From a virus: 64,000 nt of DNA. The position numbers and the translations under genes are program-made. The notes under the pieces are model-generated. The model searched no databases. It saw nothing but the letters and a program-made list of their open reading frames with translations, and was not told where the DNA came from. Below are positions 48,675-57,248 of the stretch, one piece after another (the first letter of the stretch is position 1; every line of letters begins with the position of its first letter). The stretch spans positions 38,183 through 102,182 of the IMG/VR virus record IMGVR_UViG_3300009709_000021; one strand, given 5' to 3'.

Positions 48675-48919
48675 TATGTGCTAGATCCTGTGACTGAAAA
48701 GTTAATTACTTGTAATACAACATCGTCTGTTAGTACGTCTTGCTGCGTAAAAATACCGCCTAACTGATTAGGGGTATAACTCAATCCATTATTAGTGGCT
48801 CTGATTCCGTCAATGCAAGCATTAATTTGCTCCAAATAAATTTGGGAGGGGGACATAATCTTATACTGACTGTTAAGTTTAACGGTATTTCCGTTTGAGG
48901 TCGTTGTTGTGCTAGCCAT
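48674..48919 (-). CDS. small hypothetical protein
   Basis: 81 aa; TAATG-coupled on both sides. Confidence 0.6.
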   Translation of the reverse strand: MASTTTTSNGNTVKLNSQYKIMSPSQIYLEQINACIDGIRATNNGLSYTPNQLGGIFTQQDVLTDDVVLQVINFSVTGSST

Positions 48920-51900
48920 TATTGTCCTCCGTTAGGACTACTTGTTCTTTGGTTACCCTTAGTATTAATAGGTACTCCGGAAATAACCAGGGGTGTTCCG
49001 CCATTAGATGAGCCTGAACCCGACATATCTCCAACTGCTTTGGAGAATTGCTGCACGGCATCACTAAATATCTGGGTTGCTTCTTTCATATCTAACTGGT
49101 TAAGAGTTGCTTGATAGCTACTATAATCTATCATTCCTCCCTTATAAGCCTTTTCTAACTGATTACGTTTTTGAGCGTCTTCAATTAAAATTTGTTGCTG
49201 ACTCATAAGCTGGGCATCAGTAAATCCAGATGTATTTTTAATCTGCGTATCTTTAAAATTTCCGCCATTTAAATAGCCGGCATAAGAAGCTAACGCATCT
49301 TCCATGCCGCCTTTATCGCCTTTTTTAAGCGCAGTTTGGAATCTTTTCCTAATATCTGGATCTGTAATTAAACTGGGATTTTTGCTTATTGCATTTACAT
49401 CCATAGTAGAAGCCTGATACGCAATTTCTGAATATCCACCTTCTGCAGTTTTACGATTTAGTTGAGCAAGTTTATCCATGGCTTCTTTGCCGGATTTTGG
49501 CCGGCCAAGAGCTTCGTATAATCCTGGTTGTTTTCTAATGTAATCCATAATATTGAGCTCGTTTAAATCACCAGAAACAACTTTTTGTTCTCCCATCATT
49601 GCTTCGCCCATTGAGCGCAAATTATAGTATGGGCCGGCTTGTCCAGTAATTTTATTAAGCTCTTGTTTGTACTTATCCCCCTGGGATTTAGATGTTTGAT
49701 CAAAGGAATCTCCAGTTTGACCTTTACTCATGTTATCTACGAATGCATTTAAATAATCTGAGTTTTTAGAATCCATCAAACTTTTAACATCATCATCTAG
49801 GCTATCTTTATGAGCAGCTAAAAAATTTCCTAAAGCAGTACGACGAGTCTGATTATCTTGTGCAGATAGAATTGCTAAAGCTCCTGAATCACCTTGTCTA
49901 GCAAAGGAGTTAATACCTTTACTTAGTGAAGCATACCCTCGTCCATAATTAAGTTGGCCAGCAAACCTATGCCAAGCACCTGCTATTCCGGTTTCTCCTG
50001 CCGTTCCAAGTTTAGCCCATTCCCCAGAACTTTCGCTTAGGAGTCTAACATTCTTGAACTGTTGGTTTTGGGTGCGGTCAAAGAAGTTGTTAGGATTACC
50101 TTGCAATCCAGTGTTGTCAAAGCTACTTCCAAATTGAACGTTGTACCAAGCTTTAGAAATATCGTCTCCTAAACCAAGGGCATCTGCAGCTAATCCCCCG
50201 ACGTTCCTCCAAGTATCTCCCATAAAGCCTTTAACACCTTCCAAACCATGTCGATACATAGATCCTAACGCACCGCCATATAATTTATTTTGGCTAGTAT
50301 TTTGCATTAACAATTCTTGGGTTGTGCGGTTATTGGCCTGTAGTCCTTGCCTTACTACATTGGGGTCAGTCTGAGCAGATCTCATGGACCCAAACGCGTC
50401 AATCTGTTCTTTAGTCCAACCTTGAGACATAAGGATAGGGACGATGTCATAGAAATCTATTTGGCCTTTGTTATTTCTCTTTAGAGGTAAATTCTGTGCA
50501 TAAGCATAAACGGAGTTTTCGATGTTAAGACCTCCATTTTTACTTAAGTCACGGGCAATAAGTTCATCTCCATGCAAAGCCATGCGTCCCATTAATCCAT
50601 ATGGATCACGAGCAAAGTTATTTGAGAATTGTCCGACAGTAGCCGTTAAATTCATACCGGGTCCTGCCATAGATTGGGAACCGCCACGCCCAAATGCCTG
50701 ATTGAAAAGACCCATTTGCATAAGCGTACTTCTACCGCCTTGCATCATGCCCATCATAGCACTTTGAGTAGCATTTTCTAGACCGCCCATTCGTGCGGCC
50801 TGAGCAGGGCTAATCAGTCCCTCCCGCATTGCAGCAGACATGGATGAGTAAATATTTGCTGAAGTCAATTCTCCCAAATAAGGAGTCATGCCAAAAGATG
50901 AGAATAGATTAGAGCCTTGAACCCCAACTGTTCCCATAAGGCGTTGGACAGTTGTACCTGCTATGGATGCAGAACGACCCAATCCTTGGTACGCAGACAT
51001 TGCCGTACTGAATCTTCCACCAACAGCACTCGCACCACTCATCTGGAGACTAGAAAGATCTTCAATTGCTTTTTGGAAGTCCGGGTCTTTAGAAATTGCC
51101 ATGACAACCTTTACCTGCTCTGCAATTCCTTTAATCCGACTTACAATTTGAGTTGAATTAGCATTATCAAGCAATCCAGAGCGCATGGACATATCGGCAA
51201 TTTGCAGATACTGGTCCGAGTTAAACGTCATATCCCGTGCGCTTGACGAAACAAGTTTGCTTGCCATTCCGTATGCTTCACGGTTAGATAAGCCGCCTCC
51301 AGTTAAGGCGTTGCCCCTGGCGTCCCCAAATGTGATGCCGTCAAAATTGTTTTTGAGTTGCTCTCCCATCTGACGAGTACGAATGTATGGGTCGAATGCA
51401 AGTTTTTGAGCTCCTTGCATAACTCCATACCCAACAGCGGCAGGAATGAGTACAGCTCCGGCGAGAGAGCCAGCAACGCCGGCTGCTGCTTCAGCACCTC
51501 CTACAATCCAATTTGGTGTTCCGAAAGATCCTAAAGCGCCTCGGGTTATACCAGACGCAATCCCTTTGCCCATTCCAGCAGCAATTCCTTGCCCCGTAAA
51601 ATATCCCCCTGCGGTAGCTGGACCCAACGCTTTAAACGCTGCACCAAAAGCGAGTGCCGGACCAGCTATACGCTGCCCAGCCCAAACTGTTGCATCTAAA
51701 GGTCGAGTCGAAACGGAATCTAATGCTGCTTGGTTATTATATTGAGGATTTCCCCAGGGATGTTCATGAGCAAACGGGGAAATTAATTGATTGGCCGAAC
51801 TCCAAAATCCTTGCTGGCCCACCGGCTGGTAGGGCATAGAACCATTATACGATTCAGGGTATGGATTAGTAACGCCAGAATACGCAAAAGGCATCTGCGT

Positions 51901-51996
51901 ATTCCAGCTTTGATTCAAATAAGGATTTTGGCCAATTGGGGATGTAATAAATTGGCTTTGAAATCCTGGCGCATTGAAATAAGAGTTGAAGGTCAT
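48919..51996 (-). CDS. tape measure protein
   Basis: 1025 aa, G/A/M/Q-rich helical, glycine-zipper hydrophobic segment; follows the chaperone pair. Confidence 0.75.
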   Translation of the reverse strand: MTFNSYFNAPGFQSQFITSPIGQNPYLNQSWNTQMPFAYSGVTNPYPESYNGSMPYQPVGQQGFWSSANQLISPFAHEHPWGNPQYNNQAALDSVSTRPLDATVWAGQRIAGPALAFGAAFKALGPATAGGYFTGQGIAAGMGKGIASGITRGALGSFGTPNWIVGGAEAAAGVAGSLAGAVLIPAAVGYGVMQGAQKLAFDPYIRTRQMGEQLKNNFDGITFGDARGNALTGGGLSNREAYGMASKLVSSSARDMTFNSDQYLQIADMSMRSGLLDNANSTQIVSRIKGIAEQVKVVMAISKDPDFQKAIEDLSSLQMSGASAVGGRFSTAMSAYQGLGRSASIAGTTVQRLMGTVGVQGSNLFSSFGMTPYLGELTSANIYSSMSAAMREGLISPAQAARMGGLENATQSAMMGMMQGGRSTLMQMGLFNQAFGRGGSQSMAGPGMNLTATVGQFSNNFARDPYGLMGRMALHGDELIARDLSKNGGLNIENSVYAYAQNLPLKRNNKGQIDFYDIVPILMSQGWTKEQIDAFGSMRSAQTDPNVVRQGLQANNRTTQELLMQNTSQNKLYGGALGSMYRHGLEGVKGFMGDTWRNVGGLAADALGLGDDISKAWYNVQFGSSFDNTGLQGNPNNFFDRTQNQQFKNVRLLSESSGEWAKLGTAGETGIAGAWHRFAGQLNYGRGYASLSKGINSFARQGDSGALAILSAQDNQTRRTALGNFLAAHKDSLDDDVKSLMDSKNSDYLNAFVDNMSKGQTGDSFDQTSKSQGDKYKQELNKITGQAGPYYNLRSMGEAMMGEQKVVSGDLNELNIMDYIRKQPGLYEALGRPKSGKEAMDKLAQLNRKTAEGGYSEIAYQASTMDVNAISKNPSLITDPDIRKRFQTALKKGDKGGMEDALASYAGYLNGGNFKDTQIKNTSGFTDAQLMSQQQILIEDAQKRNQLEKAYKGGMIDYSSYQATLNQLDMKEATQIFSDAVQQFSKAVGDMSGSGSSNGGTPLVISGVPINTKGNQRTSSPNGGQ

Positions 51997-52005
51997 GGAA
52001 GTATT

Positions 52006-52419
52006 TTAGGCGGCCTGTTTAGGGATTTTATCGTCTCTAAAATCTGAGGCGTCTAATCCCTTAAGACCTTCTACGACCAATTTCCCACTCTTCGTCTTTC
52101 TCAACTTGGGTCGCATGTGTTTAACGACTTTGTTATAGAATTCCAACATCTCAATATCTTTTTGTGACTCTTCTGAAAGTTCAACATTAAAGAGTTTATG
52201 TAGATAAGAAGACCATGTGCGCTGTATTTCTTTTTCCCAAGCTTTTGCTTTATTTTCATCTGAGAAAGTTGGATTACTCAATGTATTGAGCATCGTTAGT
52301 TTTTCTCGCTCAGCCTCAAGCTCAGCTTCTTTTGTTACGTAGTCTCGTAGTACACGGTCCTGAGCGGAACCAAGCCGGGGTAGTTTTATTCCTGAGACGT
52401 ATAGCTTGGTCCGTTGCAT
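52006..52419 (-). CDS. tail assembly chaperone, downstream (T-like) ORF
   Basis: Charged helical ORF in the -1 frame relative to the upstream chaperone; no SD before the ATG. Confidence 0.65.
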   Translation of the reverse strand: MQRTKLYVSGIKLPRLGSAQDRVLRDYVTKEAELEAEREKLTMLNTLSNPTFSDENKAKAWEKEIQRTWSSYLHKLFNVELSEESQKDIEMLEFYNKVVKHMRPKLRKTKSGKLVVEGLKGLDASDFRDDKIPKQAA

Positions 52420-52433
52420 GGCCCAAGACCGAG

Positions 52434-52988
52434 TTAGAAAGAAGTCTCCCCTTCTTTCAGAGCAGCAAAAACCTTTTCATCAAACTGCGCTAATTCATTT
52501 ACAAGAGCGACAATGATAGGAGAGGCAAGTTTACCGACAAACTTAGCTCTATCTTCTTTAGATAGCCCTGACAAATCCCGACTATGGTATCGTGTCAGAG
52601 AGTATTGGAGATTGAGCAGAGAACGTTTTTGATCAAGCGTAGTAAATAAGTTAGCGCCTAAAGTATCAAGTGTGAGTGCTATTTCCTCGGATTCTTCAGA
52701 AGTACGAGTCCTGAAAGTAACAAGAAGCTTATCTTTGATCTTGACATTTTCGGAATATTCCCCTTGAAACAAGAGTTCGTCAAAAATCATTGCTAGTTGC
52801 TCAGGATCATACTTAGGTTTTTCTTCTTCCGACTTTACTTCAGAATCTTTAGAAGATTCCATAGCTAACTCTGCTTGAGGTTTAATAAGAGCGACTGCAT
52901 CGGGGGGACTCTCCAGCACACCCTTTCGCTTAGATGTTGCTGGAGTTTTTGAAAATTCAAACGACTTAAGTTCAGAATTAGTTGACAT
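52434..52988 (-). CDS. tail assembly chaperone (G-like)
   Basis: Acidic/charged; VTFRTRT.EE, L...L..FD.K; lies before tape measure. Confidence 0.7.
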   Translation of the reverse strand: MSTNSELKSFEFSKTPATSKRKGVLESPPDAVALIKPQAELAMESSKDSEVKSEEEKPKYDPEQLAMIFDELLFQGEYSENVKIKDKLLVTFRTRTSEESEEIALTLDTLGANLFTTLDQKRSLLNLQYSLTRYHSRDLSGLSKEDRAKFVGKLASPIIVALVNELAQFDEKVFAALKEGETSF

Positions 52989-53011
52989 GGATAAATTCCT
53001 TTGATACTCGG

Positions 53012-53040
53012 ATTATACGTGAATTTTCACGCACTGTCAA
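53012..53040 (-). promoter_or_regulatory. perfect sigma70 consensus promoter with palindromic spacer
   Basis: TTGACA-GTGCGTGAAAATTCACG(17)-TATAAT; CGTGAA-N2-TTCACG inverted repeat. Confidence 0.8.
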
Positions 53041-54677
53041 AGAAACTCTAGCCGACCTTCTTGGTTATCAGGTACTTCGTCCAAATAGGTAAATTCTTGG
53101 CGTAAAATTTGGCTAGCAACATCGCAGAATACCCAGGAATGCAAAGCATCATCAGTTAAGTCTTCATCCTTTCGATATACTCTCCGGCCGGCTTGAGTTT
53201 CCTCTTCAAATACATTAAGTGCATCTTGCCAAAATTCACCAGTTAAGCCCCATGAAGGAGTTTCGAATTTATCCCGCCCAAGTTTTGCTTTAATAATCAT
53301 ATGGTCCATAGCCATTGTACGATCAGCAGAAAAGAATCCACCTATACGATCCCAACGAAGAGGATGTTTGGCAGCGACATACTGAATCATATTCGCTTGA
53401 TCTTTGCCTAAAGCACGTTGGAGAAGCTGGGCTTGAAGTACGCCAACTCCTCGATCAGATGCCAACATTGTGCAACGAAACTGACGATATAATTGTTCGA
53501 CTCGGGCCACTTGTTCTAGGATGTCCACGCCATTAAGACGTTGACAATAAAGTAGATACACTTTACCTTTGGAATCATGTCCCATGATAGAAATGACTGT
53601 ATAGCTTTTATCAGAACCGGAGACTGACCAGTCTACCCCAAGAGTTGTATATAGAATATGGCGATCATCAGTAGGGAACTCAGTATCCCAAGCTGTTCTA
53701 TCTGGATTGCAACAAGCCATACATTCTCTGAGGGAAAGAATACGTCCACCAATACCGGCAGCTAATCCATAAACTTCGTTTGCCAGTTTAGTTGCAGGAT
53801 AAGTCTCAAATTTTTCAACTAAGTTTTTCCATTTATCTGGCTTTGTACGAGCATGGAAAATAAGTTGTGGACAATGAAAACCAATATTATCAGCCCTATC
53901 AGGCTTTGCTGCCATCCATTGCCCATTACGTACGTCCAAAGTTTTTCCGCAATGGATACATCCAGGACCGTCTTTCCCTTTCATCATTTTCGAACAATTT
54001 TCAAAGTCAATAGGAACAGTATAACGTGAGCAATGTTCACATTTCATAACCCATTCACTCATGCTAGACCGTTTCCAAACGATCTCAAGGCTATTATTTT
54101 CTCCCTTGGCTGTACCAGTAAGTCGGACAAACCCGAAATCAGAAGCGCTTGTTGTTTCTCTGAGAATAGGGAGGGCATCCATACTCATATCCTGAAACTC
54201 ATCGCAATTCAAGATACCAATATTTGCAATACCCCGGATGCGGTCGGCATCGCTTTCAGTTTCACAATACCCAATATAGATGATAGAACCATTGCGCATA
54301 CTTTTTTCAAAAACGTTTTTGCGTGATTCCCCATCTATGAAGTATTTCCTTACAAGTGGCGACCGTAAAAAAGGATCGATATACGCAGTGGAAAATCTAG
54401 AAGATTGTTGTTGTAAAGGAGCAACATATAGTGTATTGAAGTATGGTCTCATGATACTATTCGTCAAGAAGATTGCGGCAAGAGAAAGACTTTTACCGAT
54501 CTGACGACCCGCTTTAATTACTAACGTGTTTGGGGCGTAATCATAGATATCTTTGAATGGTTCATATCCGGTAAACCCTAATGGCTTTCCTTGAAATTGC
54601 AAAAGGGCAGCCGCAGCTTGTGATAAGGAAGCTTTCACAGGGGCGTTGACATCGGACGAAGTTTGTATTATACTCAT
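53037..54677 (-). CDS. terL: terminase large subunit
   Basis: Walker A KAGRQIGKS, Walker B LNCDEFQD, GTAK coupling motif, CxxC..CxxC, nuclease LGVDWS and DDALHS. Confidence 0.92.
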   Translation of the reverse strand: MSIIQTSSDVNAPVKASLSQAAAALLQFQGKPLGFTGYEPFKDIYDYAPNTLVIKAGRQIGKSLSLAAIFLTNSIMRPYFNTLYVAPLQQQSSRFSTAYIDPFLRSPLVRKYFIDGESRKNVFEKSMRNGSIIYIGYCETESDADRIRGIANIGILNCDEFQDMSMDALPILRETTSASDFGFVRLTGTAKGENNSLEIVWKRSSMSEWVMKCEHCSRYTVPIDFENCSKMMKGKDGPGCIHCGKTLDVRNGQWMAAKPDRADNIGFHCPQLIFHARTKPDKWKNLVEKFETYPATKLANEVYGLAAGIGGRILSLRECMACCNPDRTAWDTEFPTDDRHILYTTLGVDWSVSGSDKSYTVISIMGHDSKGKVYLLYCQRLNGVDILEQVARVEQLYRQFRCTMLASDRGVGVLQAQLLQRALGKDQANMIQYVAAKHPLRWDRIGGFFSADRTMAMDHMIIKAKLGRDKFETPSWGLTGEFWQDALNVFEEETQAGRRVYRKDEDLTDDALHSWVFCDVASQILRQEFTYLDEVPDNQEGRLEFL

Positions 54678-54723
54678 GTCGTTATATTAACATTTACATA
54701 AAATTAGATTTTTTATGAAATGC

Positions 54724-54764
54724 TGGTATAAGAATTTTGGAGAGAGACTATATGTTTCTCTCCA
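54724..54764 (+). promoter_or_regulatory. phage promoter motif TGGTATAAG plus leader hairpin
   Basis: Motif 54724-54732; TGGAGAGAGAC-TATAT-GTTTCTCTCCA stem. Confidence 0.75.
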
Positions 54765-54803
54765 GTTGTGCAACTAAAAACTTTTTGATTCAAAAGGCAT
54801 ACC

Positions 54804-54989
54804 ATGGATATCCAAAACACCACCATCGTGAACAACTCGACTGGCTCCTCGTTCCAAATCCCGGGCGACTGGAGTGCGGAACAAGTTCAAGCGAACTACC
54901 CTGACCTCAGCGGCCTGCGCGCTACCTCGTCGACCAATGGCGAAACCCGCACGCTGACGTTCTCGCCGGTCACCGGCGCGAAGGGTTAA
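54804..54989 (+). CDS. prokaryotic ubiquitin-like protein (PRTRC protein C-like)
   Basis: 61 aa; SAEQVQANYPDL and C-terminal TF....GAKG resemble the PRTRC-C/Prok_Ub S.EQV....YPEL...F....GxKG pattern; same cassette as E2, JAB and E1. Confidence 0.8.
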   Translation: MDIQNTTIVNNSTGSSFQIPGDWSAEQVQANYPDLSGLRATSSTNGETRTLTFSPVTGAKG

Positions 54990-55058
54990 GCTGTAATTCG
55001 GCGCGTTGGACCTCGGACCTAGAGTAGTTTTCTAGGTCTGGTTAGGTCCAGTAGTAGG

Positions 55059-55091
55059 AAAACCGGACTCTCAATGGGTCCGGTTTTTTTT
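55059..55091 (+). terminator. Rho-independent terminator after Ubl gene
   Basis: AAAACCGGACTC-TCAAT-GGGTCCGG followed by T8. Confidence 0.85.
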
Positions 55092-55112
55092 AGTCTTTTC
55101 GAACGTTTTATT

Positions 55113-55121
55113 TGGTATAAG
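55113..55121 (+). promoter_or_regulatory. phage promoter motif TGGTATAAG
   Basis: Exact motif copy after the terminator. Confidence 0.7.
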
Positions 55122-55204
55122 AAAAATAGAGGCAATAAATCCTTTGTACGATTCGTCGTACAAATTCTTAACATCCTGTTTTCTTTTCGTTGGAGGCATT
55201 TGCG

Positions 55205-56068
55205 GTGAAAATCAAAGTCCCTTCGAATAGGCTGCCGAATTCTCAAGCCTATCAATCATTAATCAAAATGGCCCACGAACGCCTGGTCGGCATAACCATT
55301 AAGCAATTGATGGAAAGTGGAATTGTCAATACTGCCTACGGTAGAGGTCTTGATTTTACAACTGCAGCTTCCATAGAAGATTCCATTCACCATTATATGA
55401 ATTTGGTGATTCGCTATCTTACCCAGCAATATCCATATATCAGCCTCGTCAAATCTGGTTTTGAAAAACCTATCCGAGGCGGTTCATCGGGTGTTGGTAT
55501 AGGAGTTCAATTCATTTTTAAAGATCAAGATCCTATATTCCAAAGTTTGAAAACGATCCGAGACATAGATGATGCAAATGGGCCCGGGGCAAATAACTCA
55601 GAAGTAGTTATGTTTGGAGTACCGAAATGGTTGAATCGGTACATAGCGAAAATCAATGCTTTGTGCATTAAAAATCGTGTGCCTGGGTCAATTAGTCTTA
55701 GTGTCAACCAGTATTCTTCAATTCCCAGCGGATTTTCCTCAAGTTCAAAGCCGTCAGATCGTGCTTACATCAGAATCACAATTTATTTCGATCCGGTCTT
55801 TATGCGCCCGAATGATGCCAATGCATCTTGGACTTCCAGTTACGGCAAGTTCGGCCGTGGTAGAAACCAATTTAATTCCTCCGTCGGATATTTCTGTGTG
55901 ATGAAAAGTCCTCAAGAGGAAATGGGAGATACCAAGAGGGGAATGGATGGTGTAATTTCTATGCCCTTGTATTCTTTGGCGTTCTTTGCCAAAGATATCG
56001 CCCAGATTGTTAAAACTCTTCACCGAAAGGCTGAATATGTTCCTTCAGTATTTGCAGTCAAACTTTGA
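55205..56068 (+). CDS. hypothetical protein in the Ubl cassette
   Basis: Basic ~287-aa ORF; GTG 55205 after GGAGG. Confidence 0.7.
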   Translation: MKIKVPSNRLPNSQAYQSLIKMAHERLVGITIKQLMESGIVNTAYGRGLDFTTAASIEDSIHHYMNLVIRYLTQQYPYISLVKSGFEKPIRGGSSGVGIGVQFIFKDQDPIFQSLKTIRDIDDANGPGANNSEVVMFGVPKWLNRYIAKINALCIKNRVPGSISLSVNQYSSIPSGFSSSSKPSDRAYIRITIYFDPVFMRPNDANASWTSSYGKFGRGRNQFNSSVGYFCVMKSPQEEMGDTKRGMDGVISMPLYSLAFFAKDIAQIVKTLHRKAEYVPSVFAVKL

Positions 56069-56345
56069 AGGCCTGGACGATATCTCCAAGCCAATTGAAT
56101 ACGGATTGGATATCCTTGAAAAGACGAAAGAGTTTTCGTCTCTTGAAGATGTTTCTTATCTTTTCACTTGTTTACGTCGAGCCCAGACAGACCTTGCTCA
56201 AGTAAGTAAAGGCCCGGCAAAAGGCAATCCTACATTGAGTTCGACAAGGCGGGCGTCCAGAGACGCTTTGAATGCCATCGAATCAATGACGCCGAATTTT
56301 AAACGCTATGTCTCCGTCTATGACGACGACGACGATTTCATCTAA
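56037..56345 (+). CDS. hypothetical helical protein in the Ubl cassette
   Basis: Likely ATG 56037; acidic DDDDD C-terminal tail. Confidence 0.6.
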   Translation: MFLQYLQSNFEGLDDISKPIEYGLDILEKTKEFSSLEDVSYLFTCLRRAQTDLAQVSKGPAKGNPTLSSTRRASRDALNAIESMTPNFKRYVSVYDDDDDFI

Positions 56346-56354
56346 GGAGTTAGT

Positions 56355-57227
56355 GTGAGTGACATCCAAACTAATGCAAATGTGGCGGGATCGGGGAATA
56401 CCGAAAGTAGTACTCCGGTACCCGCCGCGCCGGCTGTCGGTGATTTGGTCAAGGCTGCCATTGCGGATAACAAGGCAGTCGCTGAAGCGCCAAAAGCGCC
56501 AGTAAAAGAAGTGATGATGAAAGGCGTCGATATCAAGCTTCTCGAAGATGCCGCCATTGTCACAATGCCGAACGGAACTTCCAAAACAATCTCATTGCAA
56601 GACTGTTATAACATGATCAGTTTTGCTTTCCAGAAAGCAGTGGAAGATAACGGTGCAGAAATCATGCTTCCGAAGAATTGTATTTACATTCGGACCACAA
56701 GCAAGACGATGTACATAACGTTGTATTACCCTGAAGGAACATACGATCTACATTATCAGTATGGTGGTACAGATCGGAAGTTTAAAATTCCAACTCCGAA
56801 TATTGTTGTGTGTCTGACTTTGGACATCACGACAAATTCAAAAGGAGATGCAGAAGCTCGCGTCACAAGCGCAAAGTACTTTTGCACGGATTACCCTCAA
56901 GGTGCCTTCAAAGTCAAGCACTCGACTTCTGTTGACCATAATCTCGGCCTGTATTTGCTACCATTTTCGAATATCTACGAAGATGCCAAGCTATGCACCG
57001 GGGAGAATGCTATGCCCACAGTAATGCCACGCAACGACTTGCGTCGGCTTAACTGGCACTTCGAAGTATTGTGGAATTCTCCGTTCAACAACGATCTCGG
57101 GCTCCATGCAGTTCGAGATTGGGAGAGCAATGTGCAAAGTTGGTATGTGCATCTCCAAGAAAGGCATCAACAAGGTTTGAAGTTCCCGTATGAAAAGCTT
57201 CGTGGTTACCGACCCGCCGCAATTTAA
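56355..57227 (+). CDS. prokaryotic E2 family D (PRTRC protein B-like) conjugating enzyme
   Basis: IPTPNIV, LY.LPFSNIYEDAKLCTG (putative catalytic Cys), WNSPFNNDL; SD AAGGAG. Confidence 0.82.
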   Translation: MSDIQTNANVAGSGNTESSTPVPAAPAVGDLVKAAIADNKAVAEAPKAPVKEVMMKGVDIKLLEDAAIVTMPNGTSKTISLQDCYNMISFAFQKAVEDNGAEIMLPKNCIYIRTTSKTMYITLYYPEGTYDLHYQYGGTDRKFKIPTPNIVVCLTLDITTNSKGDAEARVTSAKYFCTDYPQGAFKVKHSTSVDHNLGLYLLPFSNIYEDAKLCTGENAMPTVMPRNDLRRLNWHFEVLWNSPFNNDLGLHAVRDWESNVQSWYVHLQERHQQGLKFPYEKLRGYRPAAI

Positions 57228-57248
57228 CCTTCAGTATTAGGAAACAAT

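Noticed and set aside
14079-54504. Numerous short + strand ORFs opposite the structural genes
   Set aside because: Antisense shadows of T/S/G-rich genes, without promoters or ribosome-binding sites
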